A stretch of DNA of 56,915 nt, counting the filler, from Trichosphaerium sp. ATCC 40318 (taxonomy: Eukaryota; Protista; Tubulinea): NCBI GenBank assembly GCA_038496445.1. It is 2 parts of 2 records of this genome, joined end to end, with 100 filler letters (N's around TTAATTAATTAA, not from the genome) between each part and the next. Parts side by side here need not be neighbours in the genome. Positions count along the whole stretch, not along the records: positions 26,786 to 56,915 come from JALMLS010000558.1; 1 more part is not named here. One strand, 5' to 3'. Made by a program: the position numbers and the translations under genes. The notes below the pieces were generated by a model that was not told where the DNA came from, did not search any database, and saw only the letters and a list, made by a program, of their open reading frames with translations. The first letter of the stretch is position 1, and every line of letters starts with the position of its first letter. This document shows, piece after piece, positions 37,411 to 49,070 of the stretch.

Positions 37411-37507
37411 TTAATCTAATTCCAAGTCAGTTTCGCGAAAATGAAGCATTAAGCTAAAAAGCAATACAAAAAAGAACTCAAAGTAAACAAACACCAACAA
37501 GAATAAC

Positions 37508-38276
37508 ATGGCAGCAACAAAAATTAAAGTGGTTGTAGTAGGAGACAAAGCTGTAGGAAAAAGGTAAGATCCAAAGTACTAACGATAAGCACTTTCCTCA
37601 CTTCTTTTTGTAGGGCTTTGCTATTTACATACGCAAAAGGAAAGTTCCCTGAAGACATACCGATAGTATTGTAAGTGCTTCACGTTTACTCATCCTTTTG
37701 ACCACGTGTTATGAAGCAATTACTTATATTTACTTTAGTGATAATTATAAATGTAGTTTAAACACATCAACTGGAAAGAAAGTCAACTTGACACTTTGGG
37801 ATACAGCAGGGTACGCAAAAGTCTTTTTGAATTCTGCACAATAAAAAACCTGTTTCAATGATTGTTGATCTAACCAGTTTTTTAGGCAAGAAAAATATGA
37901 TAAACTAAGACCACTTTCATATGCCGATGCTGGGATTTTCCTAGTTTGTTATTCATGTGATAATAAGAAGTCATTATCAAATGTTAAAACAAAATGGATT
38001 CCAGAAATTTCACATCATGCTCCTGATGTTCCTTTTATCTTAGTAGGAACAAAGTCAGACTTGAAACATATTACACCTGATGGAGTATCTACACAAGAAG
38101 CTCAATCAGTTGCTAAAAAGCTGGGCGCAGTAACACACATGGAATGTTCAGCAAAAACTGACTATAACAGTATAGAAGATATATTTACTAGCATAGCACA
38201 AAGCGTTTTACATTCAAAGAAAAAAAAGAACAAGAAACACAAAAAGTGTGTATCTTGTAAATATACTCAAAAATAA
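37508..38276 (+). CDS. Degenerate Rho/Rac-family small GTPase (possible pseudogene), 4 exons
   Basis: IKVVVVGDKAVGK, LWDTAGQEKYDKLRPLSY, KWIPEI, LVGTKSDL, MECSAK, polybasic tail. Confidence 0.85.
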
Positions 38277-38369
38277 AAAACTATGTACATAATTTGCGTG
38301 AGGGTTTCTGACTAGGCCGCTCGTTTTTACTCACCAATGAGAAGGATGGCGGACAAAGAATTAATTCCA

Positions 38370-38520
38370 ATCCAAAAAACCATCTTGTTTATAATGAGTC
38401 TTGTTGATGACCACCCCTATTCATATAACTACGAAATTCCATTCAAAGCGTTTAATGTCATCTTCATGAAACACACTGGTACAAGACAGACTGAAGCTGG
38501 GTATCAGATTAATATCATAG
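38370..38520 (-). pseudogene. Decayed fragment of the 32488-33331 F-box-like gene
   Basis: Aligns with ~33160-33350 (gtgtgtttcatgaagatgacattaaa..ctttgaatggaattt, ggtcatcaacaagact) with stops and deletions. Confidence 0.75.
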
Positions 38521-38694
38521 AAAAAAGGTGTTGCTTGCTTTTATGTTCTGCTTTCTGGTATACGTTTAGGTTAATGTTGACTCTGTAAGAGCCTATTGTA
38601 GCTGATGCAGTTTGTAATCACATGTACACATATTAATCCTTGTGAACACATCAAGAATATTAGCAATGTAGAAAGTACAGATTTACTTCTTATG

Positions 38695-40431
38695 TTACAT
38701 ACGTAGTACAAAGCTACTTGATGCTTTATCTTTTGATGGAAGCACAGCATGATTTAATTCATTACGTTTTTCTGATCTATCATCTTTTTGTGGCCATGTT
38801 TGCATAAACTCAGGGTCTGTTGGTAAAGGAGACTCTTCAAAGTAAGCATGTCTTACAGCGTCTTTTGCTTTTATTCTTTTTTCAGGATTGTAGCACAACA
38901 TATTCATTAACAGTAAAAACCCTGTTTCACTAAGCCTGTCCTTGGCTATTTTAGAGCGTATGTTATTATACGGCTGATTTTCGAATTTTATCTGAGTGGT
39001 AGTTAGTATGCAAGTTGTTTACTTAGTGAAAAAAAACCCGTAAAAAGTAGGTTCATAAGTATGGTTTAGAGCAAGGCTAGTAGAAAAAACACGTGATTTG
39101 TGAGTTGGAAAAAAACGAGATTAACCAAAAAATTGAGAATTTGAACGAGGAAGTAAAATTCTTCAACCAATTGACAATAAAAACCCTGTTACTTAATATG
39201 ACGTACTTTTTGTACATTAGGCAGTTTGGAAAATCCAGGCCACAATTTCTCGTTAGGCGTTCCAAGTAGCTTGAACATCTGAAAAGAAAAAACTTAGAAG
39301 ATAATAAAAAAACAAACACGAAGCCGTACTAGGACAAGCTGTTCGATTTCACTATGGCCGCTTATAAGAGGTTCTCCAATAAGTAGTTCTGCAAAAACAC
39401 ATCCTACAGACCACATATCTATTGCTGTTGAATATATGCGTTGTCCAAGCAACAGTTCAGGCAACGGTACCTTAGTATGGGTTAGAAAGAACGTCACATC
39501 AAACTATCTTTTTAAGTACCATAAGGTAACAACTGGTTGTGACATTGCTTCTAAAGGATCACTATAGGCTCTTGCAAGGCCAAAATCACATATTTTAATT
39601 ACACCCTCGTTATTTAGAAGAAGATCTAGTGTTAAGGAATAAAAAAGAACTTGAAGTTTTAGCGGTTGGTAAATGACATGAAGAAAGAACGGATACTGGC
39701 TGTCTTGATATCACGATGGATCAACCAACTTTCATGTAAATATTCAAGTCCTTGTAATAGACCTAGCATGAGTGTTTTAACCTGTGTAAAAGTATCAGTG
39801 AGCAAACTTGGTTCAGTGAAAAAATTCTGATTGCAAACGCTGTGACACTTCTGTGTACCTCTCCAATCTTAAATGGTGATTTTATATGTTCCATTAAACC
39901 CTTTAGATCATGGTCCAAAAATTCCATAACAATGAATATGCTACAAAAGGGTAAGACGAGCTTGAATTGGAAAATTTTTCATTTTCTTTCTTTTGGCTTA
40001 TTTATGCTCTTTACCTGTTGCCATTAGGACCTGTGACGATTTCTTTTACGTCTACAATATGTGGATGTTTACATTTGAGAAGTATATCCACTTCACGAAG
40101 ACTTGTGAGTGGAAATCCTTCTTTTTCTTTTTGCATTTTTACTTTCTTTAATGCAACGATTTCGCCTGTTTGTTTATCCTTTGCTTTATCTGTTACTGTT
40201 TTAGCTTTGTGAGGGCATGTAAAAATCGTTTTTCGTACAGACAACACCGAATGTGCCTTCTTCTATTTTATTCTCTTTAGAGAATGCGTCAACAGATCTA
40301 CATGCTTGTAATACGGCGTTGGCAGGCACTTTTGGCTTTCTATAAACTAAAACTGCCTTTTCTTCTATTGGCGCTTCAGTTAGTTCATCTACCTTCTGTT
40401 TCTTTGACGTGTGGTCTGTTTTGTCTAACAT
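38695..40431 (-). CDS. CDK11: CDK11/PITSLRE-like cyclin-dependent kinase, multi-exon
   Basis: [80 protein letters not shown]. Confidence 0.9.
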
Positions 40432-42180
40432 CTTGTTATATTTTCTCAAACTAAACCGAAATAATGTGGATGATTAGAATACGTGCTTTCATCGTTTCTA
40501 GGACGCTTTTCACCAACAATCTCTGCATTTTGCTCTGACATGTGGTATGACACGGAGACAGTGGCAACAAAACAGTATTCACAATGTCAAGGGAGTGTAC
40601 CAGGTAGTTTTCGGTGGATAAGCCGCTTCTAAGAGGTTACTAAGATGACAACTTTAAGTTGCATAGAAATGGTAAAAACAGGATTGCCAGAAATGACAAG
40701 GTATTTCATTTTTAACCAGCTTTGATCGAGATGATCATGTTCTGCTTTTAGGACGAACACATATAAAAGATGAAAAATAAGTTGTAAGTGCAAAATCTGT
40801 TCCTTAAGCTCCATAATTATCGCAACCCCGAGTGACACAAAATGCGTATTCTTTTGATATGTACCATCCTTATAGTACTTAGTAGTACTACGAAAGGGCA
40901 AATTGATTTTAGTGTACGTAAAGCCTGTAGTCGTTGCCCTTTTAGTCTTAATGTGCTTTAGATATACGAAGGAGCCTTTTGTGACGGCATACCGTTTAAC
41001 AATTTCACACGTGATTATAACACTTGTTATGGTGCTAAAAACACTATACCTGCTCTAAACCAAGACATACAATACGTTAACTGCGAGAGCGATAAACAAT
41101 CTTCAACTGTTAGCCTTAAAACCATAGAAATGCTATTAACGGGTACTTTAGTTGATATACAGGACATACAAGGACAATGCAACAAAGTGTCAAGAGTTTT
41201 TCGAAGAAGATACAATCTCTACAGACTTTTGCATTTCAGCTGGTCCCTTTGCGTACAAAATAACTTGTAAGCCTAACCCTGTACGTATATTTCAGTTCAC
41301 TTCCAAAAAGGAAAGATAACTTTACACGTGTAAAGCGTAAAGATAAACTTCTATTTATCTAATTTTAATTCAAGTCGCCTCCAGCTCCGTTGAAGATATC
41401 ATCGTTGGGTTACTTAAACTCTGACTGTTCTGGTAACCCTGCTTATATTGCAAATTTTACTAGTGGTAAATGCTCTACGGATAAAAAAGGAACGGCGTTT
41501 AGTGTAACGTGCTATGGTGTACGTTTTAACAAAATCCTTTTTTTTTCTTAGATTCTGCTCACTCCGAATTAAGGGCTCTCTTCAACAAACCCAGTACTTT
41601 GATGCCGAATGTAACCAACCAATTGGAGGTGGCGGTTATATGAATAGACAAAAATGTAGTACAACACCTGGGATTGGTTTATCTAATAGCGTTGTTTGTA
41701 CAGAAAAATAAATGGCGGTTACACACAAAACACTTGTGGTAGTTTGTTGTATAAAATAATACCATGAATTGTACACAAGCGAAATTAAACAGTATTGAAG
41801 TACACAACTTGTTGCAGTCACGTGTCGAACTTAAAATTGAAAAGTATGGCAAGTTAGAAAGAACTTTCTGTGGTACGTTGCATGATACACATCTATAAAC
41901 TTCTATTCACATTTGGAACTGATGGGGCTTTACACGACGCTTGTTTGTAACTGAATATTTTGTAAATACTTTGTGCGCATTACACTAGTACAGTTAAGTT
42001 CAGGCAAAGCACAACCCTGAATGGGACTGAAATCACAATTTAGGCATTCTACTCTTTTCTCTTTACGCCTACGTACAGCGTTTAACTATTACTATTAAGT
42101 TCAATCACTTACAAAACTCCGGTTACACAATCTGATTATTGTTTTTACAAACAATAGTAATACACCACTTCACTGCCACA

Positions 42181-43491
42181 ATGAGCTTGGTATTATTCCA
42201 ATTATATATAATTGTGACTGCATGGCTTGTTTCTGGTTCGTTTAGGAATATACAGCAATGAAATTAACAACCAAACCGCAGACCACCAATTATACGCCCA
42301 ACCGGTGTTACCTCAATCTCGTGGCTGTAAGTGTCAATGTGAGGCGTGTAATGGATGTATGTTTGAAGATTCGACCGCTTGCCCGCGTCAAAATGGCGGT
42401 GGAGACAGTACGAACTTATTTCTGTAATAACACGTGTTTTGGTTAATGTTTTCCAAAAGTTGACCTTGGATCACTTGGCGTAGATTGTGTCGTTGTTGAC
42501 GCAAGTGCTGGTACAATTGTAGGAACGGATGGTGCTGATTGTATAATGATTACTGGAAGCTCTACAATTATATCTGGTGAAGTTACAGGAGAAAGAGGAA
42601 ACGACTGTATCATAGTACAAGATAAAGCAACTGTGATGAATTTACGTGGAAGTATGTCAGTTTTGTAGCTATTTATAGCTGACACGTGCTTACCAATCTA
42701 TCAGACCAAGATGATGACTGTATAAGAGTTATTGATTCAACAACTTCTAGGGTAATCGGTAGCAATGGAGTGGACGATATTATCTTCGAAGGAGTAAGAA
42801 CAGATTCAACTGGCTCGTATGACTATGTACGAACATCACATTCTAACATTATCACAGGTTTGCGGACATAGAGGGTAGAGCAGGAGACGATTGTATACGA
42901 GTCTTACCCTACAATGGAGTACCTTCGATTCTTAGAGACATACAGGGAGACACAGAAAATGATTGCATTGAAGTACAAAATAGCGTAATGGAACGAATAA
43001 GAGGTAATAATAGCATCGACTCTTGAATAATGACCAAAATTATAGCTGGCGATGGCGATGACATAATAGATGCAAGATGTTCATCAATATTCTCTGCTGA
43101 AGGTAGAGGTGGAGATGACGTAATTATCTTATCTTCAATAACAGTTCGCACGTGACAATTCCTCAATTAAATCTTATTTTGATCATAGCTGTGTCAGCAT
43201 CAGAAGTTCGAATTGTACGCGGTGGTAATGATCGGGATTTGATTATAATAGAAGATGAGATTCAGAACTCAAGAGTTGATGGGCGTATAGATGGAGGAAA
43301 CGACGAAGATGTGTATGTAGACTATCTTTTAGTTAAACTAACACTATTTAAGGTGCTGTTTGGCAGATCAAATGGGTACTGAAATAAGAGACTGTGAGAT
43401 TCCCACGACATGTGTATCACCTTGTCCAATGATGCGAACGCCTTCAATGTGCAATAGACGGCTTAGTACTTGTATTGCATTGACAACCTAA
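42181..43491 (+). pseudogene. Secreted RTX/hemolysin-type Ca-binding-like repeat protein with introns, disrupted
   Basis: Hydrophobic leader; repeats GTDGADCI, GERGNDCI, GSNGVDDI, GRAGDDCI, AGDGDDII, GRGGDDVI, GGNDEDV; frameshift near 42245 and in-frame stops near 42870 and 43024. Confidence 0.6.
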
Positions 43492-43685
43492 GTGCAAATA
43501 CTAAAACAAAAAATACAGTTCATTCTCTATGGGCGAATGTAATCATATCACGCACAGTGTAGTGTGCACACTTGAATTTATATACAGTCTTTTTCCTTAC
43601 TACAGGGATTAATGTAATTATATCACTAACAGAGCAATGGTTGTTGCTTTAAGTAAGACAAATTCATATATTTTACGGTGAGATT

Positions 43686-43746
43686 TTGGTGGGTATAGGC
43701 ATTCGGTTTTTGTATCGAATTCTATTTTTTCGAATTTTTTCTTTCG
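43686..43746. repeat. 61-bp perfect inverted copy of 44222-44282
   Basis: Exact reverse complement by direct comparison. Confidence 0.9.
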
Positions 43747-43821
43747 TTTCTTTTCCGCAGTTTTAATGTTTGACAGCTTTTGACCAACAACACCAAGCGC
43801 TAGAAGTTATATTCGGCGTGA

Positions 43822-45281
43822 ATGGAACAGTTACCGCCTGAAATATTGCTTTACATCGTCGAATACATTAATAGTCCATCGTATTTAGCAAATACTATGC
43901 AAACATGCTCTTTGCTTGCGTCTGTTGCTAAATCATGTACCTTATACAAAGTACAACATTATAAAGCCAATTTTCGGCTTGTTTATTTAGTTTAGTTTAT
44001 GACTAGTGACCACAAGGTAACGAGAGTAGCAGGGAGTGGAGAAGGATACCAAGATGGTAATACTAATGCTTTGTTTAATTATCATCAACTCAATTATTTG
44101 TGGGTTAGGAGATGCTATTACAACTGCAAGGTTTGATTTCATATACGCTCTGGCATTTGATAATAATGGTGACGTATGCCATTGCTGTTTTTAGGCGGAC
44201 CCACGTTTTTTCCGAATTTTTCGAAAGAAAAAATTCGAAAAAATAGAATTCGATACAAAAACCGAATGCCTATACCCACCAATGGATCACTATATGTGAG
44301 CGAAGGTCGGGTTCTAGTTCCGAGCACAGCGAGGACCCGACCGTAAGTGAACCAGGCGCTTTCTAGTTTAGTGGACTGCCCTAGCTATGCATCTTTCTAC
44401 GAATTCTATTTTTTCGAATTTTTGTTTTCGGAAAATTCGGAAAAAACTATGGCCCTGTTTTAGGATTGAAGCATTAAGATTATCATCAACTAACTTGTTT
44501 CTACGTAAGCTCATTATATCTGATAGTATGAATCAAGTGATACGAAAATTATGTATGAAGACAAATATAGTGAGTACATTTGAAGGCGTTCAGTATAAAT
44601 TACGACATCCTGAGGGCATTGCAGTTGATGAATGGAATACTATTTTTATAGTAGATGGTGCATATGTACAATATTGGGTGAACTCAAACCTTAATTTACG
44701 TAATATTTTTTAGCGGATAGTATACTTGGACAGTCAGTCTGGAGAGCTCAAGGAACTTGTAAAATATCCTGGCAAATGGATAAGAAGAATTGCAATTGCT
44801 CACGGGTATGTTCTATACACCTCAAGAAACAGTTACTATGTAGAATCTACCAAACACCCTCGAATGACTCAATCCATATCAGTGAATACACTTGAATTTC
44901 CAAGAGCAAAAGACTATATTTGTTGCATCGCAGTTGATGATAATGAGAATATTTACTTCAGCTGCTACAAGTATATTTATAGAACAGACAACAACTTTGA
45001 AACAAAGATTATCTATGAGATGCCAGCTGAAGCAAGCGAGTTCTTTTCTTATGCAAAAGGTATGACGTGTAATCATAGAATGTATTTTGCTGATATCTTC
45101 TGCAGGGTGTTTATTTTTTGGTAGTACGGCTAACTTGTATTGTTTGTTTGTTGAATCAAAGGATTTGTTAAAGATTAAACTAGATGGAGTTTCCCATATT
45201 GATCACGTGACATATTACGGAGAATCGTTGTATTTTACTCACGCTGGAACTCGCATAAGCAAGATTGATATGAACATTTAA
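43822..45281 (+). CDS. F-box + NHL-repeat beta-propeller protein, multi-exon
   Basis: MEQLPPEILLYIVEYI (F-box); VTRVAGSGEGYQDG, ARFD...ALAFDNNGDLIISDSMNQVIRK, LRHPEGIAVD; splices in frame to the stop at 45281. Confidence 0.75.
44196..44454. mobile_element. MITE with ~55-bp TIRs inside an intron of the F-box/NHL gene
   Basis: GTTTTTTCCGAATTTTTCGAAAGAAAAAATTCGAAAAAATAGAATTCG with its inverted copy at ~44400-44447; flanks CTGTTTT(T)AGG on both sides (possible ~10-bp TSD). Confidence 0.65.
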
Positions 45282-46007
45282 AGGTCAATACACATTGCTT
45301 TCAATAACCTTGATGTCTTCCTTGCAACCCTCCCTCATGTTTGGTCCAGAGACTGGCTACAGCCAGATTATGTAGTTACTCCCACTTTTAAAACAAATTT
45401 TGACGTTGAAAATAGTTTGTTATGATTAACGCTTGAGTAAATTGTATTACATACTATAAATAACATATATAGAGTATATAAAAATTCATTAATAGTAGCG
45501 TACTCTACAATGACTCTAAAAAATAGTTTAATTTGTGTGACTTAGCTGGTTTTTTTTTTTCACAGGATTTTGTACCCAAATTTTCAATTAGAATTTTTAA
45601 TGTCGGAATGTTACTCTAGAGCCATTTTACTACCCAATCAAGTTGTTTAGAGTGAAAATAAGGATTGATTGATTAGTGATTTTTAAGGTAAACATGGTCT
45701 TTTCATGAACGAAAATGGCAAAAACACAGAAAATAAGTAAATAATTTTTTTTGCCCTTACAACGTAACTTTATACTCTCACGCTCCACCACCTAGTTTAA
45801 CAGCACCTTTTAAAGCCGATAAGCATGTGTGAAATGCTTGCGTAATTTGGCTCTAGGTCAATTGTTTTAAATAAACCTAGACAGTTTTGGAAGGTATTTA
45901 TTAGATAGCAACCATTGGTAGTGTTTGCGGGTTTTTTTTTTGCTCCTTGTGTAGATTGAAATAAATATTATTAAGGAGAACGAATAAATATTTCTATGTT
46001 GCTTCAG

Positions 46008-46930
46008 CTATTCTTCGGTCGTCATGGGTAGGTTATCATATAACCAATCAAATTCTTGCATATATTGTTGTCCTACTTGTAAATGTACATTTTCTTCTGA
46101 TAGAGCGGAGCAGTCCACAAAATCAAAATTCTGCTGCTGGAAATCACGATATTGACACTGTCCATCAATACCAAGCTCACGTTCGTCAAGACAGTTTGTC
46201 TCTTCTGTAGCGTGTGGGTATGTAGTGTCCATGGGGGTTGGTTCCAAACGATTCATCTGTGATGTTAAGGCGCTGTAGTCTTGGCCCATGTCATTGAGAT
46301 TGAACGCCAGTTGAGTATTATAGGCTGTTTGTGTGGTATTAGTATCGAGCAATTGTTTATTTTCCTCCACTGACGTATCATTTGCGTTTATTGTAACTGT
46401 TTGAAATCCTAGAGAGTGATAAGAAGTCAAGATTTTCTAGAAATGCTGTAAAACATCTTTTTTTAAGTACCCTTCATTATATGTTGCCTAACTAAGCTGA
46501 ACGCACAAGGATTAAAATGCGACGTCATATCAGGTACTTCAGGATGGAATATAACGAACTGATATATGCATTGGCCACCGTGTAGCACTTTTTTGAACTT
46601 CATACGCTTACCCTAAAAACAGGTTTAAAAAAAAAAGAAATTTGGAGAAAAGCGGCTCACTGATATTGTAGACCGTATACAGAACTTGTATAGGTTTCTG
46701 ATCATAGTATTTTTAGTTGTGTACATCTGTTCGAGTGTTTTATAGCTTTCATCGCTAATGTAGACTATGTATCCCTTGGTATCGAAGTCTGTAAAATGAA
46801 CCTATACCAGGGTGTTAAAAAATACGTTTTGAAAAGAATCACGTGCGCAACATTCTTTTGAAAGGTGCCTGTAAGGTAATACCATCCTTAAGAAGCGCAC
46901 TAGTATAGTCTCTTTTTTGGTGGCGCTCAT
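46008..46930 (-). CDS. Uncharacterised protein, paralog A (conserved N-terminal domain + acidic low-complexity tail), 4 exons
   Basis: Splices in frame using a GC donor at 46846; homologous to 49071-50038 with the same intron positions. Confidence 0.65.
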
Positions 46931-47679
46931 AACTTGTCTGTTAGTTTGGAGAATGAGTTATTCAAATATTACCAAAAAAATGGACCGCCCACGTTGGAAG
47001 TTTCCAAAAAGTTTCACAGATTCGCGAATCTTGGGTTTTGTGTTTGGCTAAAAGATAAATCTGCAATCACACCTACATTTACAAACACACAACAATCTTT
47101 TTTTGTTACTATGTTAGCGTCATAGTTTTTTAGCGTGAAAAAATTCACATTACTTACTCAATAACGCGGAGTTGATACTAAAAAGAGTAAAAAATTCACA
47201 CTGGTCTTTCTTGAATAAACGAACTTTGTATTGCTGTGTTTGATCATTTACGAAGCGTTACTATGGATGCCAACCAGAACTTCCGTTGGATATCTTTTTA
47301 TCATAACGGTGACAGACATGGTTGTATTTTTGTACCACTTAGAGATGGCAGAAATACATGGTTTGAACCAATTCAGGTCCAAAAAAAACGGTTCATAAAC
47401 GGTCCAAATAGTCCGCTGTCAAGGGAAGTTTGGAAAATGAGAAATTAGCTGAAAAGGAATTTTTGTGTTTCCCTTGATTTTTATGGATGAATATGTAATC
47501 ATTTCAGGCGTTTGAATTCGTGAGACCGAAGCTCAACATTGATCTCAACAGAAGACACATTAACTCAATTAACTATGGCTAATATCAACAACACCCACAA
47601 ACCCAACCAACTTGAACACCCTATACCCCCCTTACCAAATTCAATCAAACCTAATGTTACTAAACCGCCAAACCTTGTA

Positions 47680-47968
47680 TGATCAGTGTGTAATAATAGG
47701 GACACACTCAAGGGATAATAGTCATCAATCAAAGTATTACGGCACCTCGAGTGCCAAGTGATTGAAAACTATGGTGGTAGAATAATAACACCTGTATCCA
47801 CTCCAACCAAATTCAATCAAAACTCATATGTAACTAAAGAACAAGGTTGTGTCTATTGATCAATGTGTAATAATAGGGACACACTCAAGGGATATTAGTC
47901 ATCAATCAAAGTATTACGGCACCTCGAGTGCCAAGTGATTGAAAACTATGGTGGTGAATATTAACACC
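47680..47968. repeat. Two tandem copies of a ~112-bp hairpin-rich non-coding unit (47680-47792, 47857-47968)
   Basis: Near-identical copies containing GGCAC-CTCGA-GTGCC inside TCAATCA...TGATTGA, and TGTGT...ACACA stems. Confidence 0.85.
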
Positions 47969-48199
47969 CACAAACACCCTACTATCAACCCTTGAAAACT
48001 TCATTTTCTCTCCAAAACCTTTTCTTTTTTTCCAATTTTCGTTTTTTTTTTTCTTATTTTTCAAATTCACATCTTGGATGTAATGTAATTCGCACAAGTG
48101 CGCTGTAGTGTTTTATTATGTACAAATATACACGACATCAGTGTGCTATTGATAGCCACTAAGACGTTGTCTTTCCTCCCAAACAATCGCGTGTTAGTT

Positions 48200-48932
48200 G
48201 TCTAGCTGGCGCAACGGGTATTCTAATCAGTCAAAACGGTACTCTTGTCACAAAATCTCAGAGCTGCCTACTCACTGTGTGAATGCACATAAGGTGGCTG
48301 TAGAAAATACTCCATCCCACCTGTTCGAAAACGTTCAGAATCATCTCAAATTGAACCTCGTGAGCTGTTAGCGATGTGTTTCTATTCCTTCCTGAAAATA
48401 ACAAGAGATGTTTGGTTCGAAAACTGTATGGAATTTTACATTGCGTTCGAAAGTCTTATTGGTGTGCGTTTCTATTACGAGCAGTTATTTTTAACAATTC
48501 ACTGAAATACAAGTCTTGAACTAACATATTACCTCAAATGTCCATCAATATTTTTGACGAAATACAGAGCAATCTCGAATTCTGGGTCCCTTAGCAGAGC
48601 TCTACCGCCACTAAAGAATACATGAAACACTACAAGAGCTCTTAATCCCTTGATCTACCAATTGTTGAGGCAAACTTCAATCACACAATAATTGTTAGCT
48701 GCAGCTACCAAACTCAATGGTAATTCCCAGGCGCGACCAATCTCATTTATAATCTGCTCGAGCTTGTATAGGATCTGCATTCATCTGATTCAATAGAAGC
48801 TGAACATAGAAGACGAGTACACTTAGAGATCGGGCAAGCTGGGATGGTGATTTTTTTCGATGTATTAATCTTGTAATTATTATTATGAATAAAGTGGGCT
48901 ACGGCGCTGGCCTCTTGTTTGAAAAAAAACAT
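48200..48932 (-). pseudogene. Possible degenerate ANTH/ENTH-like gene
   Basis: Exon IKGLRALVVFHVFFSGG resembles the ANTH KALxxxHxLLxxG helix; neighbouring exons contain stops. Confidence 0.25.
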
Positions 48933-49070
48933 AGAAGACGTAGCAAACAGTCTCTTGCGCTAGCAGCTTTTTTTGTTCGCCACCAAAGCTGCTGTAGTCA
49001 TCACATGTCAACACCAAATTAGGAAGCGTACTTTAAATTCTAACTAGTTGTTTATTAAACATTACATTTT

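Noticed and set aside
40560-41710. Coding-like fragments between CDK11 and the RTX-like gene
   Set aside because: Multiple stops and frameshifts; no family recognisable.
47680-47968. CRISPR-like array
   Set aside because: Only two long units in a eukaryotic context, with no cas genes.
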